A DNA stretch of 64,000 nt from Flavobacteriales bacterium (lineage in GTDB: Bacteria > Bacteroidota > Bacteroidia > Flavobacteriales_D > Sanyastnellaceae): contig JBIKRF010000004.1 in the NCBI GenBank assembly GCA_044349305.1, forward strand, positions 2,324 to 66,323. The letters are read 5' to 3'. The position numbers were made by a program, and so were the translations under genes. This document shows positions 27,561 to 38,166 of this stretch, piece after piece. Numbering within the stretch: the first letter of the stretch is position 1; each line of letters starts with the position of its first letter. A model generated the notes under the pieces. That model saw only the letters and a program-made list of their open reading frames with translations, made no database searches and was not told the DNA's origin.

Positions 27561-28346
27561 TTATAAGTAACCCGCCATTTCCTCTTGCATCTTCTTCGCT
27601 TCTGCAGCAGCAGCACTAGCGTAATCTGCGCCAGATGAGGCATACAAAATTGAACGACTCGCATTCACTAACAATCCGACTTCGCTATTCATTCCATACT
27701 TCACGACTTCTTGAAGGCTTCCGCCTTGAGCGCCAACGCCAGGAACAAGTAGGAAGTGGGTTGGAATAATTTGACGAATCTGCGCAAGGCTTTCCGCTTT
27801 GGTTGCTCCTACTACGAACATGGTGTTTTCGTCGGTTCCCCAAGAGGCAACATCGCGCAATACTTTTTCAAAAAGATATTCCTCTCCTATTTTCTGTGTT
27901 TGAAAATCTTTCGATCCTTCGTTTGAAGTAAGGGCTAAAACAATTGCCCACTTATCTTGAAATTGCAAGAATGGCGAAATACTGTCTTTGCCCATATACG
28001 GAGCCACCGTAATGCTATCGAATCCGTATGTTTCGAAAAATGCTTTCGCGTAATAACTTGAAGTATTTCCTATGTCGCCGCGCTTTGCGTCTGCTATGGT
28101 GAAGTGCTCATGACCAATGTATGCCACTGTTTCTTCCAAGATATCCCATCCTTCTCGCCCCATGGCTTCATAAAAAGCCAAATTCGGCTTATAAGCCACT
28201 GCAAATTCTCGAGTGGCATCAATGATTGCTTTATTGAATTCAAGCGCTCCAACGCCTGCTGGAAGCTTTGTAGGGTCTGTATCCAATCCAACGCACAAGA
28301 AACTTTTTCTTGAACGAATGAGCTCTACCAATTTTGCTTTATTCAT
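27561..28346 (-). CDS. pyrF: Orotidine-5'-phosphate decarboxylase
   Basis: 261 aa with FLCVGLDT and IADAKRGDIGNT blocks. Confidence 0.9.
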   Translation of the reverse strand: MNKAKLVELIRSRKSFLCVGLDTDPTKLPAGVGALEFNKAIIDATREFAVAYKPNLAFYEAMGREGWDILEETVAYIGHEHFTIADAKRGDIGNTSSYYAKAFFETYGFDSITVAPYMGKDSISPFLQFQDKWAIVLALTSNEGSKDFQTQKIGEEYLFEKVLRDVASWGTDENTMFVVGATKAESLAQIRQIIPTHFLLVPGVGAQGGSLQEVVKYGMNSEVGLLVNASRSILYASSGADYASAAAAEAKKMQEEMAGYL

Positions 28347-28347
28347 C

Positions 28348-29424
28348 TTATGAATTTCCTTCTTTGAGTTTCTCTGTATTCTCGGCCAACTTCAATGCTT
28401 CAATGACTTCAGCTATTTCACCATTCATGGCAGCATCTAAATTGTACAAGGTTAGATTAATGCGGTGATCGGTCACACGTCCTTGCGGATAATTGTATGT
28501 GCGAATTTTCGCGCTTCTATCTCCAGTACTTACCAACGACTTACGCATACGTGAACGCTCTTCGTGTCTGCGATTCACTTCCGCTTCGAAAATTCTTGAA
28601 CGAAGCATGGTCATGGCCTTGTCCATATTCTCATGCTGACTTCTTCCTTCCTGACAAGCCACAATGACTCCGGTTGGAAGGTGAGTCAAACGAACGGCAG
28701 ATTCTGTTTTGTTTACGTGCTGTCCACCCGCACCACTTGCGCGGTAAGTATCTCGACGAATGTCTGACATATTCACAACAACATCGAACTCTTCGGCCTC
28801 AGGCATAATAGCAACTGTAGCTGCAGATGTGTGCACACGTCCTTGTGTTTCAGTTGCGGGAACACGCTGCACGCGGTGAACGCCACTTTCAAACTTCATT
28901 GTACCATACACCTCTTCTCCTTCCACTTTGAACGAAACCTCTTTGAATCCGCCCATGGTTCCTTCACTCAAATTCAACACCTCCATTCTCCAACCTTTGT
29001 CTTGAATGTAACGCGTGTACATCTTGTAAAGGTCTCCGGCAAAAATAGAAGCTTCGTCACCACCTGTTCCAGCGCGGATTTCGACAATAACGTTTTTGGT
29101 ATCTTCCGGATCTTTTGGAATAAGAAGAAACTTAACGGCCTCTTCCATTTCAACAATCTTCGGAGACAATTCGTTGTATTCTTCTTGCGCCATTTCCTTC
29201 AGGTCGGCGCTTTCGTTGCTGTATAAAATTTCTTTGGCTCCCTTCAAGTCGTCCAGCGCCTTTTTATATTCAAGATAAACGTCGTTGATTTTTTCCAGTT
29301 CGCGGTATTCGCGCATGAGGGCCGGATACTTTTTCATATCAGCAATTACAGTTGGATCTGTAATGCTCTTTCCCACCTCGGTATATCTATCGGAAATTGC
29401 CGACAAACGATCGATTAACTCCAT
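28348..29424 (-). CDS. prfA: Peptide chain release factor 1
   Basis: GGQ motif (SGAGGQHVNKTESAV) and the RF1-type PAT tripeptide (RVPATETQGR). Confidence 0.95.
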   Translation of the reverse strand: MELIDRLSAISDRYTEVGKSITDPTVIADMKKYPALMREYRELEKINDVYLEYKKALDDLKGAKEILYSNESADLKEMAQEEYNELSPKIVEMEEAVKFLLIPKDPEDTKNVIVEIRAGTGGDEASIFAGDLYKMYTRYIQDKGWRMEVLNLSEGTMGGFKEVSFKVEGEEVYGTMKFESGVHRVQRVPATETQGRVHTSAATVAIMPEAEEFDVVVNMSDIRRDTYRASGAGGQHVNKTESAVRLTHLPTGVIVACQEGRSQHENMDKAMTMLRSRIFEAEVNRRHEERSRMRKSLVSTGDRSAKIRTYNYPQGRVTDHRINLTLYNLDAAMNGEIAEVIEALKLAENTEKLKEGNS

Positions 29425-29434
29425 GCCTACTTAA

Positions 29435-30607
29435 TTAATATTGAAAGGTTCCGTGCTCGGAACAAATTTCTAATGTATTCCCCTCACCTGCTTCCACACG
29501 ACCAATGATTTGAGCTGCGCAACCAACCTGATCGGCGTAATTGATAATTTCCAAAGCGGTTTCTTCATCGGTATAAAACTCCATGCGGTGTCCCATGTTG
29601 AAGACTTTGTACATTTCCTGCCATGGTGTTTTCGATTCTTCTTGAATCATTTTAAACAGTGGCGGAATAGCGAACAAGTTGTCTTTCACAATATGCAAAT
29701 TGTTGGTGAAGTGAAGAACTTTCGTTTGTCCACCCCCACTACAATGCACCATTCCCTTGATTTTGCTTCGACGATTAGCAAGAATTCGTTTTACAATTGG
29801 AGCGTATGTTCTTGTTGGTGAAAGAACCAGTTTCCCTGCATTCAATTCTGCATCGTGAACGTAATCTGTTAAAGTATAAGATCCTGAATAAACTAAATCT
29901 TTTGGAATAGCACTATCGAAAGACTCGGGATACTTAGCGATTAAATCGTTGTAGAATACATCATGTCGCGCAGAAGTAAGTCCATTACTTCCCATACCAC
30001 CGTTGTATTCAGTCTCGTAAGATGTTTGTCCGTAAGACGCCAAACCAACAATGACTTGTCCTGGAGCAATGTTCGCATTGTCAATTACCTCGTCTCTGCG
30101 CATGCGGCAAACAACGGTAGAGTCTACAATGATGGTTCGAACCAAATCGCCTACATCGGCTGTTTCTCCGCCTGTGGTGTGAATCTTTACTCCGTGCTTT
30201 TCAAGCTCGTTGCAAAGCTCCTCGGTTCCTGAAATAATTGCTGAAATCACTTCTCCAGGAACTAGATTCTTGTTTCTTCCAATGGTGCTGCTCAGTAGGA
30301 TATTGTCGATGGCACCTACGCAAAGCAAGTCGTCTATATTCATGACAATTGCGTCTTGAGCGATGCCTTTCCATACAGAAAGATCTCCCGTTTCCTTCCA
30401 GTAGATGTATGCCAAAGAAGACTTTGTTCCAGCACCATCGGCATGCATGACAATACAATGCTCTTCGCTTCCTGTTAAGTAATCCGGAACAATTTTACAA
30501 AAGGCCTTTGGAAAAAGACCTTTGTCAATGTTTTTAATTGCAGCGTGAACGTCTTCTTTGGAAGCGCTTACTCCTCTGCTGTTGTATCTGTTTTCGGCTT
30601 GACTCAT
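29435..30607 (-). CDS. purM: Phosphoribosylformylglycinamidine cyclo-ligase (AIR synthetase)
   Basis: 390 aa with HADGAGTKS and the PurM N- and C-domain pattern. Confidence 0.85.
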   Translation of the reverse strand: MSQAENRYNSRGVSASKEDVHAAIKNIDKGLFPKAFCKIVPDYLTGSEEHCIVMHADGAGTKSSLAYIYWKETGDLSVWKGIAQDAIVMNIDDLLCVGAIDNILLSSTIGRNKNLVPGEVISAIISGTEELCNELEKHGVKIHTTGGETADVGDLVRTIIVDSTVVCRMRRDEVIDNANIAPGQVIVGLASYGQTSYETEYNGGMGSNGLTSARHDVFYNDLIAKYPESFDSAIPKDLVYSGSYTLTDYVHDAELNAGKLVLSPTRTYAPIVKRILANRRSKIKGMVHCSGGGQTKVLHFTNNLHIVKDNLFAIPPLFKMIQEESKTPWQEMYKVFNMGHRMEFYTDEETALEIINYADQVGCAAQIIGRVEAGEGNTLEICSEHGTFQY

Positions 30608-30611
30608 ATAT

Positions 30612-30650
30612 AAATAAAAAGGGCTGACAACGAGTGCCAGCCCTTCTTTT
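30612..30650 (-). terminator. Rho-independent terminator after the OmpA-family gene (minus strand)
   Basis: Stem aagggctg/cagccctt, with a T-run on the minus strand. Confidence 0.7.
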
Positions 30651-30659
30651 AGTTTTGTT

Positions 30660-32738
30660 CTATTTACTAGGAACGTAGTCTGTTCTTAAAATTCTAAATG
30701 ACGTGCGACGATTCAATTGATGTGCACGCTCACGAGATTCGTTATCTTTAATTGCATTAATGAAAGCCTCATCTAACAATGTTCCAATCGGGAATTCAGC
30801 AAAAGTAACTGAAGAGAGACGATCGCCTTCTTTGATAGTACGCGGTTCGGTTTCTCCTTTTCCTTTTGCTACTAGGCGATCAGCAGCAATTCCCTTTGAA
30901 GTAAGGTAAATTACACAAGTCTCTGCGCGACCTTGAGAAAGTTTATCGTTACTCGCAACATCGCCGCGAGCATCTGTGTGAGACTCTAACTGAACAACAA
31001 ACGTTGGATTTTCAGTTAAGATGTTCAACAAGTAGCTCAGAGAATCAGCACTGTTCACTTCGTCATTAATCAATAATTCTGTTTTGTTGAATGGATACAA
31101 TACAGTTGGCATTGGGTATTCCTTGCCAATTTCAACTGGAATTAAGAAGTAATCTTGTTGGTAGTTCGTGGACTCTTTTGCTCCTTTGGTAGAGAACTTA
31201 TCTGCCGTACCAATGAAATTTTCTTTTTGAATGTCAACAGTATACTTTGTTTCAGGTCTGACCTTCGACTTGTCAAGGAAGAAACTTCCGTTAGCGTCTG
31301 TTACAACGTTGAAGGTCGCTCCATCTGAACCTACTATAGTTACTTTGCAACCAGAAAGCGTGCTTCCAGTTTTCTTGTTGTAAGCAGTACCTGTCATTGT
31401 GAATTCCAATGGGCGCTCGTATGCATGCCAAATATCGTCTTTTCCTTTTCCCCCTGGACGATTTGAAGAGAAATAACAAGCGAAAACACCTTCTGTTAGA
31501 ACGTTGTCTAACACCGGTTTTTTATCTAGGATAAACGCAAAATCGTCAGAAGCGGAATTGATTGGAGCAGGCAAAGCAGTTACATCTGAAAATACCATTT
31601 CTCCGGTTTTCTTTGCTTTAAAAATATCTAAACCACCTAAACCTGGATATCCGTTTGAAGAGAAATACATTGTTCCGTCTTCAGTCAAGTATGGGTAATA
31701 TTCGTCACCAGCAGTATTCAATGAAGCTAGGTTCGTTAAATTGGACCATTTCTTCGCTTTTTTATCGAATGTCATATACCACAGATCTCTTCCACCTTTC
31801 CCACCGGGCATGTTGGAAGCGAAAAGTAAATATTGCTCATCCGGAGAAAGACATGCTTGACCTACACGAGAAGAATCATCAGATTCTCTGTTAATGATGT
31901 TAATTATTTCTGCAGCACCAAAGTTATCTCCCTGCTTGTTTGCTGTGAAAATATCACATCCCATTCTTCCTTTTTTATCGAAACCACAACGAGTGAAGTA
32001 GAACGTTTTATAATCTTTATCGAAAGACCCTGAAGCTTCGTGACCTTCAGTGTTTACATTATCGCTAGCCAATGAAGGCGCACCTTGGAACTTAAACTTC
32101 TTGTCTAACTTTGCAACAAAAACATCTTTAAAGTCATCGCCATTGATCGGACTAACCTCACTTCCCATAGCTTCTTTGCGCGATGAAGTGAAAACAAATT
32201 CGTCCCACTTTTTAGACGCATATGACAAACCAAAGTCTTCTTCGGTTGAATTCAGAAACTCAACATTTTCTACAACATAACGCGATTTAACATTGGTCTT
32301 TTTAGCTGAGGCAGCATTGGTGCAAGTCTGAATTCTCATTTCAGCCATGGCTGCATTCCCTCCGCGCTCCTTGTACTTGTTGTACTGAACAATCGCATCT
32401 TCAATACGATCCATTTCTTGAAGAGCACTTCCATAGTTTAAATAAACATCAGGTGTTTTCTTATCGTACTTCGCATTAATTGCTTTGTCATAATAATCTA
32501 AACTCATACCATATCTCTTGGTATTTCTGTAACACTCGGCGATGTTGTAAAGGACACGTGCCTTTTCATCGATGTTCTTGATTTTGGTAACTTCTGCGAT
32601 ATACAAGTTAGCAGCTTGGTTATAGCCTTGACCAGCAAATTCTATATCTGCCTGTTGAATCTTTTTGTTTTGAGCATTAACCAAAGAAGCCGTTGCCAAA
32701 CAAACAATCAAAACCACGATAGATTTGAAAAATCTCAT
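30660..32738 (-). CDS. OmpA family protein with N-terminal TPR, central TolB-like (PD40) beta-propeller repeats and a C-terminal OmpA domain
   Basis: Signal peptide, TPR-like helices and repeated ...S.DG..L.FSSNR.GG.GG.D.. blocks. The C-terminus carries ESHTDARGDVASNDKLSQGRAE. Confidence 0.85.
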   Translation of the reverse strand: MRFFKSIVVLIVCLATASLVNAQNKKIQQADIEFAGQGYNQAANLYIAEVTKIKNIDEKARVLYNIAECYRNTKRYGMSLDYYDKAINAKYDKKTPDVYLNYGSALQEMDRIEDAIVQYNKYKERGGNAAMAEMRIQTCTNAASAKKTNVKSRYVVENVEFLNSTEEDFGLSYASKKWDEFVFTSSRKEAMGSEVSPINGDDFKDVFVAKLDKKFKFQGAPSLASDNVNTEGHEASGSFDKDYKTFYFTRCGFDKKGRMGCDIFTANKQGDNFGAAEIINIINRESDDSSRVGQACLSPDEQYLLFASNMPGGKGGRDLWYMTFDKKAKKWSNLTNLASLNTAGDEYYPYLTEDGTMYFSSNGYPGLGGLDIFKAKKTGEMVFSDVTALPAPINSASDDFAFILDKKPVLDNVLTEGVFACYFSSNRPGGKGKDDIWHAYERPLEFTMTGTAYNKKTGSTLSGCKVTIVGSDGATFNVVTDANGSFFLDKSKVRPETKYTVDIQKENFIGTADKFSTKGAKESTNYQQDYFLIPVEIGKEYPMPTVLYPFNKTELLINDEVNSADSLSYLLNILTENPTFVVQLESHTDARGDVASNDKLSQGRAETCVIYLTSKGIAADRLVAKGKGETEPRTIKEGDRLSSVTFAEFPIGTLLDEAFINAIKDNESRERAHQLNRRTSFRILRTDYVPSK

Positions 32739-32833
32739 ATGCGATGTTTTAGTCCAGTTTTAAGTTAGTATTTGCGAAAATAATCAAAATTGTGACTTTT
32801 CCTCATAAAATCGCAATTATCTGTGTCCTCGAA

Positions 32834-35017
32834 TTAGCAGGTGAACAAAAGCTCGCGCATTTTAGGAATTGGCCAAGAATTGTCATCTACTATTTGTTCC
32901 AAAGCATCTGCCGCATCGCGTGCAGCATCCATCAAAGGCTTGATTTTATGGCAATAGATATCAGCCATTTTCTCAGAATTACCATGATTTACCTTGCTCT
33001 GTTCTACAACAATGCCTTCGGCACACGCTTTTAATCCGTTCACGTGCTGAGAAATCTCAGTAATCAACCCTAATTGTGTTCTGGTCAATTCCTTGTATTC
33101 CTTTGCCCCAAGAACGGCTTTCAATCCTTGAACATTGTTGATTAGCTCGCTCTGGTATCTTAACGCAGCCGGAATAATCTGATTCACGGCCATATCTACC
33201 ACAATTTCAGCTTCAATCTCGCGACGACGTGCGTAATTTTCTACCTCGATCTCGTAGCGCGAATTAATTTCTTCATTGGTCAAAACATTCAACTTCTCGA
33301 ACATGGCAATTACCTTCTTGTCTTTCCAAACCTTTAACGCAGAAGGAGTATCCTTAAGATTAGACAAACCTCGTTTAGCAGCTTCCTTCACCCACTCGTC
33401 TCCATATCCATTTCCTTCAAAACGAATAGCCTTACTTTGTTTGATTAATCGCTGAAGTTCTTTGAGAATAGCTTCATCTTTATCGTCACCCTTTGCAATA
33501 CGAGCATCAACATCTTTCTTGAATTGAATTAAACGATTTGCAACAATGGTATTCAAAGTGATCATTGCATTTGCGCAGTTCGCACTAGACCCAACCGCAC
33601 GGAATTCAAATTTATTTCCAGTAAATGCGAAAGGAGAAGTCCTGTTTCTGTCTGTATTGTCGAGAAGCACTTGAGGTAACTTCCCGATATTCAACTTCAA
33701 TTCTGTTTTGTCTTCCGGAGTCATCTTACCTGCTTTGATATTCTTTTCAAGATTATCAAGCATCGCATTCAACTGCTCTCCTAAGAAGCAGCTCATAATT
33801 GCTGGCGGAGCTTCGTTAGCACCCAAGCGATGGTCGTTACCAACGGTTGCAATAGAAGCACGAAGAACATCAGCGTTTTCGTGAATCGCTGCAACCGTAT
33901 TCACCATGAAGGTTAGGAACTGAAGGTTCGACTTTGGATTCTTTCCTGGACGAAGAAGGTTCACGCCTGTATTTGTTGAAAGTGCCCAATTGTTGTGCTT
34001 TCCACTTCCGTTAACGCCTTCGTATGGCTTCTCGTGAAGAAGTACATTGAAGTTGTGCTTTTGAGCAATCTTCTTCAATAAATCCATTAAAAGCTGATTG
34101 TGGTCGTTTGCCAAGTTGGCCTCTTCGAACATCGGAGCAACCTCGTATTGATTCGGAGCAACTTCATTGTGACGAGTGGTTACAGGAATGCCTAACAAAT
34201 GAGCTTCGTATTCAAAGTCTTTCATATAAGCCAAAACTCGTTCTGGAATACTTCCGAAATAGTGATCTTCCAATTGTTGACCTTTAGCTGGCTTGTGTCC
34301 GAACAACGCACGTCCAGTCATAGCAATATCCGGACGAGCTTTGTGAAGGGCCGAGTCTACCAAAAAGAATTCTTGCTCCCACCCTAATGTTGTATTCACC
34401 TTGTTTACGTCCTTATCGAAATACTGACAAACAGCTGTAGCAGCAACATCTACTGCATTTAGAGCCTTTATCAATGGCATCTTGTAATCGAGTGCATGAC
34501 CAGTATATGAAATGAAAATAGTGGGTATACACAAGGTGTTTCCTACTATAAACGCTGGAGAAGATGGGTCCCATAAGGTATATCCGCGTGCTTCAAACGT
34601 GTTTCTAATTCCGCCATTGGGGAAAGAGGAAGCATCTGGTTCCTGCTGCACCAACATGGTTCCTTCAAACTTTTCAATTGCTCTTCCATCGCCTAATGGC
34701 TTGAAGAAGCTGTCATGCTTTTCTGCTGTAGCGCCGGTCAATGGTTGAAACCAATGCGTAAAGTGAGTTGCTCCCTTACTGATTGCCCATTCCTTCATTC
34801 CAGCTGCAATATGATCAGCTACATTTCTATCTATACGCGTACCTTGATTGATACAAGACATTAGGTTTTCATACAAATCTTCAGGAAGATACTCGCGCAT
34901 TTTGTGCGGATTAAAAACGTTATCACCAAAATAGGCGCTAATTCTTTGTCCGTTCGAAGACACCGGCATTGCTACTCGGCTGTTAATTTCTTGCTGCGCA
35001 TTTTTTCTTAAACTCAT
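32834..35017 (-). CDS. glnN: Glutamine synthetase type III
   Basis: 727 aa, with the length and conserved blocks (NGSGKHNNWAL, EVAPNQYE) of GSIII. Confidence 0.92.
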   Translation of the reverse strand: MSLRKNAQQEINSRVAMPVSSNGQRISAYFGDNVFNPHKMREYLPEDLYENLMSCINQGTRIDRNVADHIAAGMKEWAISKGATHFTHWFQPLTGATAEKHDSFFKPLGDGRAIEKFEGTMLVQQEPDASSFPNGGIRNTFEARGYTLWDPSSPAFIVGNTLCIPTIFISYTGHALDYKMPLIKALNAVDVAATAVCQYFDKDVNKVNTTLGWEQEFFLVDSALHKARPDIAMTGRALFGHKPAKGQQLEDHYFGSIPERVLAYMKDFEYEAHLLGIPVTTRHNEVAPNQYEVAPMFEEANLANDHNQLLMDLLKKIAQKHNFNVLLHEKPYEGVNGSGKHNNWALSTNTGVNLLRPGKNPKSNLQFLTFMVNTVAAIHENADVLRASIATVGNDHRLGANEAPPAIMSCFLGEQLNAMLDNLEKNIKAGKMTPEDKTELKLNIGKLPQVLLDNTDRNRTSPFAFTGNKFEFRAVGSSANCANAMITLNTIVANRLIQFKKDVDARIAKGDDKDEAILKELQRLIKQSKAIRFEGNGYGDEWVKEAAKRGLSNLKDTPSALKVWKDKKVIAMFEKLNVLTNEEINSRYEIEVENYARRREIEAEIVVDMAVNQIIPAALRYQSELINNVQGLKAVLGAKEYKELTRTQLGLITEISQHVNGLKACAEGIVVEQSKVNHGNSEKMADIYCHKIKPLMDAARDAADALEQIVDDNSWPIPKMRELLFTC

Positions 35018-35077
35018 ATTTCCAGATGTTAACCCCTGTTTTTAAGGGGGTGTTTTAAAATTTTTATCGATTTTCCG

Positions 35078-35085
35078 CAAATATA
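35078..35085 (-). promoter_or_regulatory. Candidate -7 element (tatatttg on the minus strand) upstream of glnN
   Basis: The plus strand reads caaatata. It lies about 60 nt upstream of the glnN ATG. Confidence 0.35.
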
Positions 35086-35179
35086 CCCCCTCTTTTCACT
35101 TCCAACATGAAAATTTTAAATGAAATTTCAAAGAACGCTCGAATGAATTGTGAATAACTCCATTCTGCTCATCCTTCAC

Positions 35180-35187
35180 TAAATTTG
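35180..35187 (+). promoter_or_regulatory. Candidate -7 element (taaatttg), 4 nt upstream of the ATG at 35192
   Basis: Motif match only. It implies a leaderless or very short-leader mRNA. Confidence 0.3.
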
Positions 35188-35191
35188 AAAA

Positions 35192-37039
35192 ATGAAAAAG
35201 ATATTTTCCATTTTCCTTTATTCAATCGGGATTCTTGCTCCAATTGAAACTTTTGCTCAAGGTCTGCAGGTGAATCCGCCAGCAGCATCTTCGAAAAAAA
35301 CGGTGGTTGTTCCTCACGCTATTTACCCTTCAGCTTTCCTTTTCAGCGAACCGCAAATTCACTCAATCGACCTCAATGAATCCGGAGAAAAAGTAGCAAT
35401 GCTCGAACAGTCGGGTGAAACAATGACTTTGAAAGTTCTTGAAGTCAAAACGGGAAAAAGTTCAGAGATTAAAGCAAATGGAATTGCAAAAACCAAAAAT
35501 GTTTACTTTCTGAACGATCAATTGCTAGCCCTCGAAATGGTGGGTGAGCAAACATCATTCGACATTTTGGATATTGTAACGAATAAAGTTGTGACAAACA
35601 TCAAGTCGAACCAATACATCGGATCAACGGCAACCGTTGCCTATTTTAGTAATCAAAATAGAGTCAATTCTTCAATAGAAAAATTCGACCTAGCCACCAA
35701 GAAAACGACGAACGCTGGCGCTGTTTCCGGAGAAGTATTTGGCTGGTATTTTTCTAAAGCAAAAGGACTTGTTGGAGTGGCTGTTCACAGTAACATGATT
35801 TCAAAAATTTATACCATAGAAAATGAAAAATTAGGAAAAAGCCTTTTTGAATTCTCTTCCAGTTTTTATTTTGAAACCAAAGGGTGCAATGCCACTGGTG
35901 AGGTTTTTTATGGAATTACAAATTTTCAAAGCTTAACAACCTATGCCTGTTCAATTACCAAATCAGGCATTAAGCCAATGAATGATAAAGCCTCAGAGAG
36001 CTGTACAGATATTTTCATTCAAGGAAATGACATTGCCCTTAGCACAAACAATATCAATGCAGCTGAATACCAAGAATCGAAAAACCCAACGATTCAAAAA
36101 GTATTGAACTTTGCACGTGAGAGTTTCAAGGGATCTTCAATTCAAATTTTTGAAATTTCTGAAAAAAGTAATAACATTTTGTTTTGCGTTCAGAGTGAAA
36201 CCCTAAAACCACGTTTCTTCGTTTGGACAAACAACTCTGCGAAACCCATTTCTTCAGACAAATATGAGGGAAAGAATTTGACCTTTATCTCAAGTGAAGT
36301 TGCTCAAATCCAAACTGGAGAAACAACACCTCAATCTGGCAGAATGTTTCTTCCAACCAAAGACGATAAGTCTAGTTACCCCCTAGTGGTTTACATTCCA
36401 AACAACATATTCCTTCCATACCCGAATCAGTTCAATGCTGCAGTTCAACACCTTTGTCAAAATGGTTACGCCGTATTTGTCTGGAATACACGTTTCTCTT
36501 TCCGTCCGAAAATCGGATTAGCCTATTCCGATTTAGTCGCATCCTTTCCAGAAGACATTAATCTAGTTCTTAAATTTTTGAAATCAGAATATTCAATCCT
36601 TCCTGAAAACACATTTATTGTTGGAGAGGGATTAGGTGGATACCTAGCATTAAACGCCAGCGCAAATGACACTGGATCGTTCATTGGTGTTGTCGTAAAT
36701 CGAATGAACTTTCCAGGAAAGGAATACGGTCAAGATTTACTTGCGGCGCGTATGTTTGGAGAAGATGCCCAAGCGAAATGGGCCACTTTAGATCGCACTT
36801 CGTTATCTCCTAAGACATTCTATTTATCTTATTCTTCTGACAAATCAAAAACAGAAGTCGCATTCGAAAACTCAATAAAAGCAGACAATATCAAATGGAC
36901 AGGGCGTTCTGCGGATAATCGCAATAAATCTATTTCTGCCAAAGATCTTGATGAAATAATAACTTGGCTTCAGCATTTGTCGCAAATTGAAACACGCATT
37001 TTCGAAGTCAAACCTAACGTTGAAGTGAAGAAGAAATGA
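35192..37039 (+). CDS. S9 (prolyl oligopeptidase)-like beta-propeller/alpha-beta hydrolase protein, probably non-catalytic
   Basis: Signal peptide, a propeller-like N-terminal part and a C-terminal hydrolase fold. The nucleophile elbow reads GEGLGGY where GxSxGG is expected. Confidence 0.6.
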   Translation: MKKIFSIFLYSIGILAPIETFAQGLQVNPPAASSKKTVVVPHAIYPSAFLFSEPQIHSIDLNESGEKVAMLEQSGETMTLKVLEVKTGKSSEIKANGIAKTKNVYFLNDQLLALEMVGEQTSFDILDIVTNKVVTNIKSNQYIGSTATVAYFSNQNRVNSSIEKFDLATKKTTNAGAVSGEVFGWYFSKAKGLVGVAVHSNMISKIYTIENEKLGKSLFEFSSSFYFETKGCNATGEVFYGITNFQSLTTYACSITKSGIKPMNDKASESCTDIFIQGNDIALSTNNINAAEYQESKNPTIQKVLNFARESFKGSSIQIFEISEKSNNILFCVQSETLKPRFFVWTNNSAKPISSDKYEGKNLTFISSEVAQIQTGETTPQSGRMFLPTKDDKSSYPLVVYIPNNIFLPYPNQFNAAVQHLCQNGYAVFVWNTRFSFRPKIGLAYSDLVASFPEDINLVLKFLKSEYSILPENTFIVGEGLGGYLALNASANDTGSFIGVVVNRMNFPGKEYGQDLLAARMFGEDAQAKWATLDRTSLSPKTFYLSYSSDKSKTEVAFENSIKADNIKWTGRSADNRNKSISAKDLDEIITWLQHLSQIETRIFEVKPNVEVKKK

Positions 37040-38166
37040 AGTATTCAATAGAGGCGAAAGATGTATTATCCAAAGCAAGAGCAGGTGTTTTAGAAACGCC
37101 ACATGGAAAAATACAAACCCCGATTTTTATGCCTGTTGGAACAATTGGTTCCGTGAAGGCCGTATCGCAACAAGATCTGAAGGAAGATGTAAAAGCCCAA
37201 ATTATTTTGGGAAATACCTATCACTTATACTTGCGACCTGGAACCGAAATTTTAGAACAAGCCGGTGGACTTCATAAGTTCATGAATTGGGATCGTCCTA
37301 TATTAACAGATAGTGGCGGGTACCAAGTATATAGCCTTTCGAAAAACAGAAAGATTAATCCCGAAGGAGTTGTTTTCAAATCACACATTGACGGATCGAA
37401 ACATACGTTCACACCTGAAAATGTGATGGACATACAACGCAGTATTGGTGCTGATATCATAATGGCATTTGACGAGTGTCCGCCCTACCCATGCGACAAA
37501 ACCTATGCACGCGAATCGTTGCACATTACAAACCAATGGCTAGATCGCTGCTTCAAAAGACTAGACGAAACCTCGCCCTTATATGGACATGAGCAAGCAT
37601 TATTTCCAATAGTTCAGGGAAGTGTTTTCCCCGATCTTCGAAAAGAAAGCGCTGAATACATTGCGAATAAAGGTGCATTTGGCAATGCAATTGGTGGTTT
37701 AAGTGTTGGAGAACCTCACGAGCTGATGTATGAAATGACAGACCTCGTTTGCTCTATTCTACCCGCCGACAAGCCTCGTTACCTAATGGGTGTTGGAACA
37801 CCGGCAAATATTTTAGAATGCATTGCTCTTGGAGTAGATATGTTTGATTGTGTCATGCCTACGCGTAATGCGCGCAATGGTATGTTGTTCACTTGGAACG
37901 GAACATTAAACATGAAAAACAAAAAATGGGAAAGTGACTTTTCTCCGCTCGATGAATCGGGCGACAGCTATGTCGATTCCTATTTCACGAAGGCCTACGT
38001 GCGACACTTATTCGCCGCGAATGAAATACTTGCTTTACAAATTGCGTCGGTACACAATCTAAATTTCTACTTGCGTTTGGTAGAAAAGGCCCGAGAGAAA
38101 ATAATTGAGGGTACATTCGCAGCGTGGAAAGATGAAACTGTAAAAAGACTATCTGTTCGTTTGTGA
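37036..38166 (+). CDS. tgt: tRNA-guanine transglycosylase (queuine tRNA-ribosyltransferase)
   Basis: LTDSGGYQV and the zinc-site region. 376 aa, with an ATGA overlap with the upstream gene. Confidence 0.95.
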   Translation: MKYSIEAKDVLSKARAGVLETPHGKIQTPIFMPVGTIGSVKAVSQQDLKEDVKAQIILGNTYHLYLRPGTEILEQAGGLHKFMNWDRPILTDSGGYQVYSLSKNRKINPEGVVFKSHIDGSKHTFTPENVMDIQRSIGADIIMAFDECPPYPCDKTYARESLHITNQWLDRCFKRLDETSPLYGHEQALFPIVQGSVFPDLRKESAEYIANKGAFGNAIGGLSVGEPHELMYEMTDLVCSILPADKPRYLMGVGTPANILECIALGVDMFDCVMPTRNARNGMLFTWNGTLNMKNKKWESDFSPLDESGDSYVDSYFTKAYVRHLFAANEILALQIASVHNLNFYLRLVEKAREKIIEGTFAAWKDETVKRLSVRL

